IMG/VR virus record: IMGVR_UViG_3300044957_001482
Span: 1-64,000 of that record
DNA: 64,000 bases
Origin: a virus
Taxonomy: Duplodnaviria; Caudoviricetes
Strand: one strand, 5' to 3'
This document shows, one piece after another, positions 9,991 to 20,764 of the stretch. Both the position numbers and the translations under genes were made by a program. Numbering within the stretch: position 1 is the first letter of the stretch; every line of letters begins with the position of its first letter. Under the pieces are notes generated by a model. It saw only the letters and a list, made by a program, of their open reading frames with translations. It was not told where the DNA came from and searched no databases.

Positions 9991-10617
9991 TTAAATGCCA
10001 ACGCCGGTGACAATGTCGCCGACAGTTCTACCAATTTCGGTGCCGATACCAGTGCCTTCGGGAACTTGGTTGGCGTTGTCGTAGCGTATGGTCAGTGAGA
10101 TGGTTGCTGGTTCATTGGTACCATAGGCCATGGCACCATAGTCTGCGGCCTGCAGATAGCAACCATAGAGCTCCCAGGTTTCCAATACCACAGGTTCGGC
10201 AGCGCCGTTGCCACCGTCCAGCACTTCAAACTTGGTCAGGAATTTGTAGTCAATGCCTGATGCAGCCGATGCCATTTCCAGGAAATCCATCTGCTTCTGC
10301 ATTTGCTCGCCGACCAGTCTGCTGACCGCGCCCGACGCATCGTCGCGTATTTCGCAGGAAACATCGGCCCACGAGTGCTTGCCGGCCAACTTCAATACGC
10401 TGTTGTACACAGGCAGATCGATATTTTCAAACGTAAGATTGGGGCGGTTAAACGACACCACTTGTTTGGTCAATTCTGTAGTGGGTTTTGATATGCCAAA
10501 GTTTTCAAACATTACCCTGAAGCGATAACGCAGCTTGGGCATCAACAGACCTTGAGTGGACGATGACTGATCGCTGGCCAAGGGCACTGTCATTTTTTGT
10601 AGTGATGAGACTGCCAT
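9991..10617 (-). CDS. Tail tube protein (gp19-like)
   Basis: PKLRYRFRV...LAGKHSW...WELYGCY...LTIRYDNA; directly follows the sheath. Confidence 0.8.
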   Translation of the reverse strand: MAVSSLQKMTVPLASDQSSSTQGLLMPKLRYRFRVMFENFGISKPTTELTKQVVSFNRPNLTFENIDLPVYNSVLKLAGKHSWADVSCEIRDDASGAVSRLVGEQMQKQMDFLEMASAASGIDYKFLTKFEVLDGGNGAAEPVVLETWELYGCYLQAADYGAMAYGTNEPATISLTIRYDNANQVPEGTGIGTEIGRTVGDIVTGVGI

Positions 10618-10644
10618 TTTCTATCTCCTATATACTTTATTTAC

Positions 10645-10676
10645 CTTGGGCAGAGACTGCGAAATCTCTACCCAAG
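10645..10676 (-). other. 12-bp hairpin between sheath and tube genes
   Basis: CUUGGGUAGAGA/UCUCUGCCCAAG, no U-tract, followed directly by GTAAATA. Confidence 0.5.
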
Positions 10677-10683
10677 ATGCCCG

Positions 10684-13600
10684 TTACTGCTGTCCTGAAA
10701 TCTCACCGGTGTTCTTGATACGCAGCGGTATGTAGATAAATTCCACGGCTTTGACCGGCTCGATGGCGATGTCTACCCACAGTTCGTTGCGATCAATTCT
10801 GGCCGGAGTGTTGTTTGACAGATCGCACACAATCAGATAGTCGTAGATAGCTCGCTTGGCTATCAGGTCGATCATGAGGCTGTTGCACACACTGGCGATT
10901 TCATCACGCGTGATCTGGTCGTTGGGTTCGAACAAGAACAATTTACCGATTTCTGCCAAGCGTTCGCGCAGGAACGAAACCAATCGTGCAACGTTGATAC
11001 GGTCCAGTGCAGTGGTCACTGCGGCCGAAGTCTTGTTACCAAAGTTGGTGATACCCACTCCTGGAATAAAGGTTATAGGGTTAACGTTGCGTTCGTACAG
11101 TTTGTCTCTCAGCGATTCTCTCACGGCCAGAGTTTCAAACTCGCCGGTCTCGGCATTGATGTAGCCGATCGCACGAGCATTGTCCACCACACCGCGACGT
11201 GTGCCTGCAGGAGCCAACCACGGATAACTCACAGCATCGCTACGCAGTATGGTGCGTATCATCATGTGGCTGGGCGGTGCTACCACGGTGTTGCCCGAAA
11301 GATCCGTGGTCTGGCAACTTGGATAGAACGTGGCAGCGTAGTTGCTGGTTGCCACCTGTCCGTCTTCGTTGGGCAGTCCCAGTCCATTGTTATTGGTGGC
11401 CCAGGCGACCAAATCGTTGCCCGAAGGACTCAGGCGCACAGGAGTGTCCCCCACAACAAACAAGGTGTTGTTGCGTTCGTTGCTGAGTGCAATCATGTCC
11501 GCGATCAGTTCGGGATATCCCGGAGTGGCAATGATGTTGAACTGATTTTGCTCTTCTCTTGCGGCTTCGCTTGTGGTAATACCTGCACGCAGAGCTTTGA
11601 TAATGATCTGTCGTTGTGCCAATCGTCCGGCGAACATGGATCCGTTGGTCTTGTTACCACTGGCTGTGAGCCAGGTATTGGTCACCGTAGGCACTGTGTC
11701 ATCTGGGAATCGCTGAGCATTAAAATAGTTGACCTGGAAGCTCTTGATGTTGTATCCTGATCGACGGGTGTTGAACAGCAGCATGCCCTGTGGATACAAG
11801 GCAGGGTCCGGTGCATCCAGATCCAGGTAGTTGCTGATCAGCAGACTTTCGATGGTCGGTTCCGGATCTGTGATGGGATCTGTGGTTCCATTCGGGGCCC
11901 AACGAGCATCTGCAAACAGGATACCGTTTTCCGTGGTCTGGTCCGTGGTATCAATCAACACCCACTGGTCCAGGCCATTGACCTGTTGCCAACGATACAA
12001 TTGCGGATAATTTTCAAGATCGCTGGTATCAATCCAAAGATCACCGTATTGCAGTGGGCTTTCGGCTAGATCGTTTTGAGTGAGAGGTTCAGTGGCCGAC
12101 ACAATCGGCCCCGACGCATTGGTCAGGGTAAGGTCGAATCCTCGCACATCGTTGGACACATTTTGATAACCTTGCCAAACACCGTTGTCCTGTATCATGA
12201 TGTCCACATCGCTCACAGAACTGTAATACCACAGGCGTCCGTTGTCAGGATTCTGTTGTGGTGCCTCTGCACTGGGAATGTAGGTGAAGATAGGAGCAGT
12301 TACCCAATTACTCAAAACTAGTCGTTGAGACGCTCCAATTCCCAGTCTGCAGAAAGGAGTGTTTACTGTGAATCCTGCGGTTACAACTGCTGTCCCGACA
12401 GTATCAAGTAACCGTATTACGCCACCTTGGCTGTGAGTAAAAACTATATTTCCCGCTGAATTGACCGTCGCGCTAACAAAAGGAATGTCGGACGCACTCA
12501 CTGCTGCAATAAAGTCGGCCACAGTTCCGGTACCGCCGATAGTAACAGTGCCGTTATTTAAATCGGCAGATCCAGCCGCGGATCCACTGATAGAAAAGGT
12601 GTCACCGACTCTGAAACTGGTAGGAACCGTGGTGCCTGTGACTTCGGTCGCTCCAAATCGTGCTCGTTCCAATATCTGAAAGATAAAGGTATTGTCACCA
12701 TTTTGAAACTCAGTGTAGAAAGTGCCTACCGGAATATTTCTGCCACCGCCGGCAGGGTCCAATGCTAGATTGGCGCTCTGGTCTGTCAGATGTGTGGGAG
12801 CATTCTGAGCTACCCATTCGCCCAAGGTCGACGACCAAACTTTGATTTTCAGAGATGTACCGTTGTTAACTGCGCTGACGTTGTTCCATACCGAACCGGT
12901 GGGGCTGGCATTGATTCCGTCGGTGGTCCTCCAGCGAGGAATTTGATAGCTATAGGCCTGCAAGAACGCAGTAACTTGATATTCGCTTGACACAATACCG
13001 AGAGCTGCCAACAAGGCTGTCCCTCCGTTTGGACCGGGATCAACAGCGATAATGCCACCGAGGGAAGTACTACCATCATTGCTTGCTGTAGAGTCACCAT
13101 AGATATTGAGACGTCCGTTGACCGCCTCAGCAGTGATCCCGGTAATTGCAGCATTATTGATGGCCTGGGCAAATCCTGCCACAGTCAATGCCGTCGATCC
13201 GGCGCCAACCGTGATCAAAGTGTCATTGATAAACATGTTGGAGCCACTGGACAACGACGAAGGACTGGCCGCGCCGACTATGGTAGGCCAAGATCTTTTC
13301 CATGCATCTGAGCCCAGCTCAACCCAAGCATTGTCAGTATTTTTGTACCAACCACTATTGAGTAGATCCAATGTGACTACCGCATAGTCTCCGATGCTAC
13401 CCACGGTAGACAACGGTGTATAATCATCGTCCTCGGCATCTACTACCAGGGCTGTGTCTGTGATCTGGATGGGTGTTTTTACCGAAAATTTTCCGGTGGC
13501 TAGATTCCATTCCTGTATGCCCCATGTGGTAGTAGAAGTATCTAACCAATAGGTACCATTGGCTGGCTCCCCGCGTGGGCGGCTTAAACTAGCTGTCAAC

Positions 13601-13953
13601 TCTGGTAGATCAACATCAACTCGTTGTACATAAGCACGATTAGTGACTCCCAAGGCCGAATACGCTGCCAGAAGACCATATTCATTGAGTTCGTAACCAT
13701 TGATGGGTGTACCAGTAGTAGTACGGTAGAAGAACGGCACACCAAATGTGGCCACCAAGTCACGCTGACTACTAATCAAAAAAGTGCGATTTGCGTTGGC
13801 AGCAGTGGTGCCGGCGGCGACGGTAACACCGTCGCCGGAAACTTTGTTTTGTGCAGTGGCGACCAAGAAGTACGGAACTGTGTTGACAGCCGATGGAATG
13901 TATTGACTTTCGTCAATCACTACTACTTCTACACCCGGGGAAATTTGAGCCAT
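10684..13953 (-). CDS. Tail sheath protein (gp18-like), 1089 aa
   Basis: SPGVEVVVIDES N-terminus; YPWLAPAGTRRG, ALDRINVARL, FEPND, PVKAVEFIYI C-terminal motifs. Confidence 0.92.
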   Translation of the reverse strand: MAQISPGVEVVVIDESQYIPSAVNTVPYFLVATAQNKVSGDGVTVAAGTTAANANRTFLISSQRDLVATFGVPFFYRTTTGTPINGYELNEYGLLAAYSALGVTNRAYVQRVDVDLPELTASLSRPRGEPANGTYWLDTSTTTWGIQEWNLATGKFSVKTPIQITDTALVVDAEDDDYTPLSTVGSIGDYAVVTLDLLNSGWYKNTDNAWVELGSDAWKRSWPTIVGAASPSSLSSGSNMFINDTLITVGAGSTALTVAGFAQAINNAAITGITAEAVNGRLNIYGDSTASNDGSTSLGGIIAVDPGPNGGTALLAALGIVSSEYQVTAFLQAYSYQIPRWRTTDGINASPTGSVWNNVSAVNNGTSLKIKVWSSTLGEWVAQNAPTHLTDQSANLALDPAGGGRNIPVGTFYTEFQNGDNTFIFQILERARFGATEVTGTTVPTSFRVGDTFSISGSAAGSADLNNGTVTIGGTGTVADFIAAVSASDIPFVSATVNSAGNIVFTHSQGGVIRLLDTVGTAVVTAGFTVNTPFCRLGIGASQRLVLSNWVTAPIFTYIPSAEAPQQNPDNGRLWYYSSVSDVDIMIQDNGVWQGYQNVSNDVRGFDLTLTNASGPIVSATEPLTQNDLAESPLQYGDLWIDTSDLENYPQLYRWQQVNGLDQWVLIDTTDQTTENGILFADARWAPNGTTDPITDPEPTIESLLISNYLDLDAPDPALYPQGMLLFNTRRSGYNIKSFQVNYFNAQRFPDDTVPTVTNTWLTASGNKTNGSMFAGRLAQRQIIIKALRAGITTSEAAREEQNQFNIIATPGYPELIADMIALSNERNNTLFVVGDTPVRLSPSGNDLVAWATNNNGLGLPNEDGQVATSNYAATFYPSCQTTDLSGNTVVAPPSHMMIRTILRSDAVSYPWLAPAGTRRGVVDNARAIGYINAETGEFETLAVRESLRDKLYERNVNPITFIPGVGITNFGNKTSAAVTTALDRINVARLVSFLRERLAEIGKLFLFEPNDQITRDEIASVCNSLMIDLIAKRAIYDYLIVCDLSNNTPARIDRNELWVDIAIEPVKAVEFIYIPLRIKNTGEISGQQ

Positions 13954-14048
13954 GGTTGGTTCCTTTTGTTAAGTTGCAAATATTTACCGGCAACTATAAA
14001 AAAAGAGTTCTATATATCCCTTTCCAAAAGGTCCTTGTAAATATAGAT

Positions 14049-14396
14049 ATGGAACGCCCTATCTGCCAGGCTTGCTATCAGCGACCTTGTGCAATAAATT
14101 ACTATCGCAACGGAGCCGCAAGATATCGCAGCCGCTGTGAAAGTTGTATGCGCCGAGGTCGTGGCCTAAGGTCTCGCACACCACGATGGAAGTCTGCTGG
14201 TTTTAAAAAAAAATCGCGATGCGATCGCTGCGGATTCCGTGCTAAATTCAGTGCACAGATAATAGTATATCACATCGACGGACGCTTGGACAATGTCGAT
14301 ATCAAAAATCTACGTTGTATATGTAGAAATTGCGAAACAGAAATTGCTAGGAGTGATTTACCGTGGCGTCCCGGGGACCTTGAACCAGATCGTTGA
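14049..14396 (+). CDS. Zn-finger/HNH-like protein
   Basis: Four CxxC pairs and HIDGRLDN...NLRCICRNC; ATG 5 nt after TAAATA. Confidence 0.6.
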   Translation: MERPICQACYQRPCAINYYRNGAARYRSRCESCMRRGRGLRSRTPRWKSAGFKKKSRCDRCGFRAKFSAQIIVYHIDGRLDNVDIKNLRCICRNCETEIARSDLPWRPGDLEPDR

Positions 14397-15057
14397 CTTG
14401 CCGATATAGGTTGTCTAGTGCTCCGTTGTTGTCTATTACACTGTCAAACCTGGTGCCAATCCAAGCAGTTTCGCTGGCATGAATATGATATTTTTCCAAA
14501 CAAGTTTTGCTCAACTCCCACTCAGTATTGCAATCGGGGCCACGATTTACACTTAAAGCTGCATTGTACCACTTGGGTTCCGGGCCACGAACAACACGGA
14601 TTACAATGCCACCGGCACGCCGGATACTTGAAATTTCGTTAGGAAATCTGCAGTCCGAAATTACCACATCATCATTGGTTTTTCTAAGTTTATTTTCTAG
14701 AGATGCAATCCAAATGTCATCGTGAAAGCTCTTACGGGCAACTTCGGTCCCCCATATCTGTAGTACATGTCTAGGTGTTAAATTAGGCATGTCAAGACGT
14801 TCTGCCCACCACGAATCTACTTGCTCACGCCAATGCCTGGACTCTTTGGTTCGTCCTTCCATCAATTCCCGATCCCAACCAAATATCTGTGCTACAGCAT
14901 CTTTGAGAGTATGGGCAAAACTTTCACGTCTAAATTGATGTATGTTTTGCAAGTAATCAGCGATGGTATCCTTTCCACTTCCAATCAGTCCCACCACTCC
15001 AATAATAATAGGTTTTTTACTTGTTGTGTTTACATCTGTCACCGTGCCATCTCCCAT
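14347..15057 (-). CDS. Deoxynucleoside monophosphate kinase (gp1-like)
   Basis: P-loop GLIGSGKDT, SFAHTLKD, VISDCRFPNE, HASE motifs. Confidence 0.88.
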   Translation of the reverse strand: MGDGTVTDVNTTSKKPIIIGVVGLIGSGKDTIADYLQNIHQFRRESFAHTLKDAVAQIFGWDRELMEGRTKESRHWREQVDSWWAERLDMPNLTPRHVLQIWGTEVARKSFHDDIWIASLENKLRKTNDDVVISDCRFPNEISSIRRAGGIVIRVVRGPEPKWYNAALSVNRGPDCNTEWELSKTCLEKYHIHASETAWIGTRFDSVIDNNGALDNLYRQVNDLVQGPRDATVNHS

Positions 15058-15080
15058 AGTTCATAGCGTCTACTGCTTTT

Positions 15081-15791
15081 TTACAATAATAACATATTTT
15101 TTTTGGTCGTGTAAGTTTTTCTTTTCTCTTTTTTGTCGTTGTTCTTCTGTGTGTTTCTTGTGATACATTGAGCGTAGGCTTCATGTGCATCACGTCTATA
15201 GTGAGCTATCATTCGTTGAAACCTATGTTTGTTGCAAAAATCAATCCAAGCAAGATCAACCACGTGATCTACATCGATAAGAGAGCTTTTTTTTACTCGG
15301 CGGTACTCTTCACCTAACACAAACCCAAATTGATAAGGTATATTGCGATTTTTTAGATAGGTTTGTAGCACTACCATTTGTGCAATATTAAAGTTGTCAA
15401 ACCAGGTGTTATTGAATTGTTTTAAATAAACACTGCGAGCAATGTTGAATATTAAGCCTGGAATGCCATTGAGATTGCTCTCGACAACCGCATTTCCGCT
15501 GTTGATACAAAACCACTCGTGTTCAACGCCTTGATCTTTGTAGAAAGGTATCTGAAGTTCGATACGATCAAAGTGAGTCCACTGAACATATACAAAATCA
15601 TAATTGTTTTTGTCAAGTTCTAAAATTGTTCTACGGCATATCGAATCATTGCTAGATGCAGCCATAGAAATATTAACCACACTGTCCCAATCATTGATTA
15701 AGTTTGGCCAAGTCATTGTTCTTGCAACTTCGTCGATGTCATTCAATTCAGTGCCGGCTATATGACTGCATCCGTTGACCAATACTTTCAC
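15081..15791 (-). CDS. Hypothetical SGNH-hydrolase-like protein, AT-rich
   Basis: NGCSH...TWPN...NISMAASSN...VQWT...R pattern. Confidence 0.5.
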   Translation of the reverse strand: MKVLVNGCSHIAGTELNDIDEVARTMTWPNLINDWDSVVNISMAASSNDSICRRTILELDKNNYDFVYVQWTHFDRIELQIPFYKDQGVEHEWFCINSGNAVVESNLNGIPGLIFNIARSVYLKQFNNTWFDNFNIAQMVVLQTYLKNRNIPYQFGFVLGEEYRRVKKSSLIDVDHVVDLAWIDFCNKHRFQRMIAHYRRDAHEAYAQCITRNTQKNNDKKEKRKTYTTKKNMLLL

Positions 15792-15896
15792 TTGATTTAC
15801 CTCACGGTTAAATGTTTTAAAGTTTCTCGAAGCATGTCAATATGTCTATAGCAATCTTCTAATGTATGCATGATGACTGGTTGGAAAATTAACCAA

Positions 15897-16664
15897 TTAT
15901 CCGATTACCCAGGTCAGCGGTTGGCCAGCATCCACATACAGCTTGAGTTCTTCGACCTTGGTATCCATGATGGCCTGTGCTTCGGCTTTCATAGCCGCAC
16001 CGTTCAGAGACGTACCGCCCTGCGGACCGGCGATGGCAGCAAATTTTTCACGAGCTTCGCCAATGATCATTTTGGCCGCACCAACCATGTAGTCCATGAT
16101 CCATTGCGAGATCTGCATGTCCGACAGCAATTGGATCTCAGGCTTGAGCTGATAGGTCCACAGCAGCACTGCTTCCCCTGTGCCGCGAGGATCACGTACA
16201 ATCTGCAATTTTTTAGTCACAGGGTTGAATGTGTAGTTGATATATCCACCGAACATACGAGACGCGAGTTCCACATACTGACTGTAGAAATCATAGGTGG
16301 CCAAGCCACCGGCCACGTTGAAATTCATGAGGTACACATTGAGGCTGGCCTGGGCAAACGGATCAAAATTGGATGCAAAAGGTCCTGTGGCATCACCAAA
16401 TGTTCTACGGAAAATCTGACGCACACTCATCACTTCTTGCGGCAAGGTATAGATATTTTCGTCCTTGACCAGATACATGAATATGTAGGCTTCTTCATAT
16501 GCATTTTGTGCACGTTGGCGATAGGTACCTATGGTTTTTTGATAGGCTGCTTGATAGTGTGCAGGATCTAATTCAAGATCGATGATCTGATCGCCCAGTT
16601 GAAGCCTCACATATTCAATGAGATTTTGCTTAAGTTCTGACAGCGAGTCTTGCTGTTGTTCCAT
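15897..16664 (-). CDS. Neck protein (gp13-like)
   Basis: LIEYVRLQLG, YTLPQEV, GEAREKF...GPQGGTSLNG motifs; start ATG 16664 after TAAATA and GGAG. Confidence 0.75.
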   Translation of the reverse strand: MEQQQDSLSELKQNLIEYVRLQLGDQIIDLELDPAHYQAAYQKTIGTYRQRAQNAYEEAYIFMYLVKDENIYTLPQEVMSVRQIFRRTFGDATGPFASNFDPFAQASLNVYLMNFNVAGGLATYDFYSQYVELASRMFGGYINYTFNPVTKKLQIVRDPRGTGEAVLLWTYQLKPEIQLLSDMQISQWIMDYMVGAAKMIIGEAREKFAAIAGPQGGTSLNGAAMKAEAQAIMDTKVEELKLYVDAGQPLTWVIG

Positions 16665-16684
16665 GGCGGGCTCCGGTGTGGTAT

Positions 16685-17572
16685 TTATTGCCTGTAACCT
16701 TTGCGTACCGGTGCAATTTTTATTGCGTGTTTGACCACTGGACAGAATTTGCATTGGGCAATGGGATTTTCCAGTGACTGCAGAAATTCTCCGCAATAGT
16801 CCTCAAAGTTGTCAGGAGTCAAGGGGCGATAGCTGTGTAGCAATTCCCGATCTTGGTCGGATATGTCAAAAGGATATTGCAAATCAAATTCGGGCATGAG
16901 TGCAGCAGGACCGCACTTGTAGAGTTTGCCTGCGATGAAATGATAACTTTTGTATTTTACAAACGAACACCCTTGATGTGCGTCTGCCGGGTTGCTGTCA
17001 AACAAAGTATAAACACCGTCTGCAGATCGTTGCACACTGGCAGTCCAAAATGTGTTTTGATAGTAGACATTGACCATTACCCCGTTGCGATCCACATATT
17101 GATGATCGCAACCCCATTGTTCGGGTTTTTGTGTCATCTGGGTAATAGGGCCCTGGAGGAACTGGCAGATGTCGCTTTCTACTTCGGCTAGATCATTGAG
17201 ATTGTGCAGACTTACTGCGATGGAATTGCGGCACCCTGATTTGGGTTTGGCAAATGCAATAGCTTCGTAGAGTCCGCGTGGCGCCTGACAAAATCTCGTG
17301 CCGTTGGTCAGTATCTGTACTTCGATACCAAAAACATCATTAATTCCGTGTACCCAATCCACGATGGTGGGATTGAGAAGGGGCTCTCCGCCCATGATGC
17401 TGCAGGCCTTAAGATCTATCAGCTCTGACCAACGGCGATATTCTGCTTCATAGTCGCTCCACCGTTGCCATCCACGAAAATTGTAGTTGTTAAATCGGTT
17501 GCACTGCTCGCAAGTGAGATTGCAAGTATTGGTAATGTAAAATTCTATCTTGCTGAAATATGGTTTGGTCAT
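16685..17572 (-). CDS. Radical SAM protein
   Basis: CNLTCEQC motif, GGEPLL, C-terminal CKFCP. Confidence 0.85.
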   Translation of the reverse strand: MTKPYFSKIEFYITNTCNLTCEQCNRFNNYNFRGWQRWSDYEAEYRRWSELIDLKACSIMGGEPLLNPTIVDWVHGINDVFGIEVQILTNGTRFCQAPRGLYEAIAFAKPKSGCRNSIAVSLHNLNDLAEVESDICQFLQGPITQMTQKPEQWGCDHQYVDRNGVMVNVYYQNTFWTASVQRSADGVYTLFDSNPADAHQGCSFVKYKSYHFIAGKLYKCGPAALMPEFDLQYPFDISDQDRELLHSYRPLTPDNFEDYCGEFLQSLENPIAQCKFCPVVKHAIKIAPVRKGYRQ

Positions 17573-17583
17573 TAGACCAATAC

Positions 17584-18726
17584 TTAGCAGGTTTTGAGGA
17601 TCACGACATGTTCGTTGCCGCGGCCGTTGAATTGGGTTCCGGTCGTGGTAAGTTCTGCAAAAATCTTGCGGGCAGCAGGTTTGCCTGCTGCTGCAATCGC
17701 CTTGACTATTTCTGCCGGCTTGCGTAGAGTTTTTTGTAGGGTATCAGCCGGGCTGATACCAATCAACATGTTGTTTTTGATGGTAAATCGCCCCACGTGC
17801 CTGTCGGCTACCACATGGATCAGCTTGCGTTTCTTGACATCATACAACCATGCTTCCGAGCAATCGACCAGTCCAGTGGCCGGTAGACCCTTGACTCCAA
17901 ACTCCTCGATTTCTGTAGCACAACGAAACTTACGAGCACGTTGTTCGGGAGAAACTTTCTTGGCGCGGCGCGGTTTGGTTTCGATTTTCTTGATCTGCAC
18001 ATAGGCGCTGCAATTGTTGATCACAGACTCGCAGAATTTCTCAATTGACCGCAACTGAGCTTTGCTATAGTTGCTCCAGCCCTCGGTCAGCTGATCATCC
18101 TGGCCGCCCAGGACCTGTACGATTTCTTGCAGTCGCGCTTGCCACAGCGTGGCGATTTCTGCCACTAGATTTGGGGCTACATTTTTGCTTCTCAGCAGGT
18201 TCACGGGCTTGTGTTCCGCGGTGATCCGAGCACCACCCAGAAGGAAATCATCGAACATGCCTTCGATTTCGCCAGCACATTCGATCATTTTTTCGCGCAG
18301 ACGTTCCTGGATGTTGGGTTTGTCCACGACGGTCTGTGGTTCTTGTGTCACGGCCGCTTGGTTCATGGTTGTTTTCAACATACAGTCGATGCGATCTTGT
18401 AACTGTTGTTGCTCTTGCTCGGTCAACACCAGACCCAGCATGCTCATGCGGCAGAGCCAGGCCGCGGTAAGGTTGACATCGTTGTCGCCCACTTTGCGGA
18501 AATTCTTGACATCGTCCTTGCGTTCTTGATGTTCGAGATAAGCCGTGATGATGTCTCGCGCCTCTTTGCGTCCGTAGTGGTAGTTATACCAACTGAATGC
18601 TTTGGTGAGACGGCTCACTTGATCGCCGTATTGAGATTGTTGCTCCCAGCAAGGCTCGATGCCAGTGTACTTGACATCTGCGGTACCGGGATTCATTGGC
18701 TTCAATTTTGCAACTGTGGTGATCAT
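17584..18726 (-). CDS. Conserved hypothetical phage protein
   Basis: 380-aa ORF with SD AGGAAGG; KTLRKP...NGR C-terminal motif. Confidence 0.6.
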   Translation of the reverse strand: MITTVAKLKPMNPGTADVKYTGIEPCWEQQSQYGDQVSRLTKAFSWYNYHYGRKEARDIITAYLEHQERKDDVKNFRKVGDNDVNLTAAWLCRMSMLGLVLTEQEQQQLQDRIDCMLKTTMNQAAVTQEPQTVVDKPNIQERLREKMIECAGEIEGMFDDFLLGGARITAEHKPVNLLRSKNVAPNLVAEIATLWQARLQEIVQVLGGQDDQLTEGWSNYSKAQLRSIEKFCESVINNCSAYVQIKKIETKPRRAKKVSPEQRARKFRCATEIEEFGVKGLPATGLVDCSEAWLYDVKKRKLIHVVADRHVGRFTIKNNMLIGISPADTLQKTLRKPAEIVKAIAAAGKPAARKIFAELTTTGTQFNGRGNEHVVILKTC

Positions 18727-18807
18727 TGTGGTCCCTTCCTATCAACAGTATGGTAATTATACTCAGAGTGATGTTTCTGGTCAAGTGCCGACTCGGTAAA
18801 TAGTGTT

Positions 18808-20202
18808 ATGCCAAGGCTCAGTCTCTATCGCTCCAATCGCACTCGCGACTATCAATTTCTCGATCGCACCATTTCAGAAATGTACACAGTGGGCGGAGCA
18901 GATGTTTATGTGCACAAATTTCTTGGACCTGACACCAGTGGCGAAGATTCTGCCCTGTCAAGCAAAGGTGATGCCACTCAGCCAATCTATGACACGCTGT
19001 CGCCCTTGCACATACAGGATCTGCTGCTGTTGGAAAACCGTGATCGGCGCTACGACAACGACATCTACGTCATGCGCGGAGTATTCAATACCTCGGACGT
19101 GGATTTTGACCTTACCCAGTTTGGGCTGTTTCTCAACAACGACACACTGTTTATCACATTCCACTTCAACGACATGCTCGACACCTTTGGCCGCAAACTC
19201 ATGACCGGTGACGTGTTAGAAATACCATCGTTGCTGGATTATTACCCTCTCAATGCCAATATTGCCCAGCCGCTGCCCAAATACTACGTGATACAAGATG
19301 CTGCATATGCATCGGAAGGATTCAGCCAGACCTGGTTACCGCACCTATGGAGAGTCAAAGCCACGCCTTTGACCAACGCGCAGGAATACGCTGACATACT
19401 CAAAAAACCCGTGGTTTCTCAACAGATCTGGGATCCAGGTAATTTTTATCCCGGCGGGTCCATCGTAAACTACGGAAACACCTACTATCAGGCCAGTCAA
19501 AATGTTCCGGCCGGAACCGACATCACCAACAATACTTTCTGGCAGATCTATGTTCCTCCAATGCAGAGCGACCAATTCAGTACCCGACCCAAGGATCAAG
19601 AAATCAACGATGCCATACTGACTCAGGCCGATGTTGAAGTTCCATTGTCAGGCTATGATGTATCCAAATATTATGTGTTGGCTACCCGGGCCAATGGTCA
19701 ACCTGCAGATCCCGCAGGTCTCACGGCCGACAGCGGGATCACAGTGGACGATCAGCAGGACGGGCTGGGAGTCAGCCCGCGTGCCGACGGATACACTGTT
19801 GGATATCTCACCGGAGACGGAATTCCTCCCAATGGACTGCCTGTGAGCACTGGTGTGACTTTCCCCCCAAATGCCAGCAGCGGAGATTTTTGCCTACGTC
19901 TAGACTATTTCCCCAACAGGCTGTTCCGTTTCAATGGTAACCGCTGGGTCAAAATCGAAGACAAAGTGCGCACCAACCTCAACAACCGCCCAGACAACAA
20001 CACACTGCGCAGCAGTTTTGTCAACAATGACTACACAGTGCCCACTACTGATCAAGGAAACATTCCCAGTCGCCAGAGCCTGAGTGAACTGTTGAGACCT
20101 CGTGCGGACAATGGCAATGACAACGGCAACAAGCCCACACGGCTGCGGCCTGGCACCCAGCCCGGGCAGCCCAATGTGAAGTATCCACCATTTAGCGAGT
20201 AG
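18808..20202 (+). CDS. Neck/head-closure protein (gp14-like) with carbohydrate-binding-like insert
   Basis: IQDLLLLENRDRRYD, LTQFGL, GDVLEIP; insert WDPGNFYPGGSIVNYGNTYYQA...W. Confidence 0.65.
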   Translation: MPRLSLYRSNRTRDYQFLDRTISEMYTVGGADVYVHKFLGPDTSGEDSALSSKGDATQPIYDTLSPLHIQDLLLLENRDRRYDNDIYVMRGVFNTSDVDFDLTQFGLFLNNDTLFITFHFNDMLDTFGRKLMTGDVLEIPSLLDYYPLNANIAQPLPKYYVIQDAAYASEGFSQTWLPHLWRVKATPLTNAQEYADILKKPVVSQQIWDPGNFYPGGSIVNYGNTYYQASQNVPAGTDITNNTFWQIYVPPMQSDQFSTRPKDQEINDAILTQADVEVPLSGYDVSKYYVLATRANGQPADPAGLTADSGITVDDQQDGLGVSPRADGYTVGYLTGDGIPPNGLPVSTGVTFPPNASSGDFCLRLDYFPNRLFRFNGNRWVKIEDKVRTNLNNRPDNNTLRSSFVNNDYTVPTTDQGNIPSRQSLSELLRPRADNGNDNGNKPTRLRPGTQPGQPNVKYPPFSE

Positions 20203-20206
20203 GATT

Positions 20207-20764
20207 ATGCACATTTATAAGATTACTAACAAGATCAATAACAAAGTGTACATTGGACAAACGGTTCAAAAAAATCCTAAGATAAGATGGTATGCCCATT
20301 GTGATTACATGCATAAAGGACGCAAAAGCTATCTTTATGATAGCGTGAGAAAATATGGCATCGAAAATTTTTTGTGGAAAGTGATAGATGCCGCCAACAA
20401 TATCAACAAGCTAAACGAAAAAGAACAGGCCTGGTTGGAACATTATCAAAAAATTGCTGTTGTTTATAACAATAGAGAAGCCGGTGGCAACAAATTACAT
20501 AACCCAAAAAGCATAGAAAAAATGCGAGAATCACAAAGAAAGGCTCATGCACGTCGGCGCGCGTTAGGTACCGATACCCGGACAAGACGAGATGGTGGTG
20601 CTATGAAGGGTAAAGCTCATACTGGAAGAGGAATAAAAGGACGATGGTCTATGCCAGATTGTGCTAAAGAAAAAATTAGACAAATCCAATTAGAACGCAG
20701 TGGTACTCGTGGTAAAACTTGGAAAATTGTAGATGGCAAAAGAATTTATATGGAAAAAGAATAA
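20207..20764 (+). mobile_element. Free-standing GIY-YIG (Seg-like) homing endonuclease gene
   Basis: HIYKITNKINNKVYIGQT...R...H...E...YN; AT-rich insert between gp14 and gp15. Confidence 0.85.

Noticed and set aside
10684-13953. Intein in the oversized tail sheath
   Set aside because: No Cys/Ser...His-Asn splice motifs or LAGLIDADG blocks seen; the extra length looks like beta-rich surface domains
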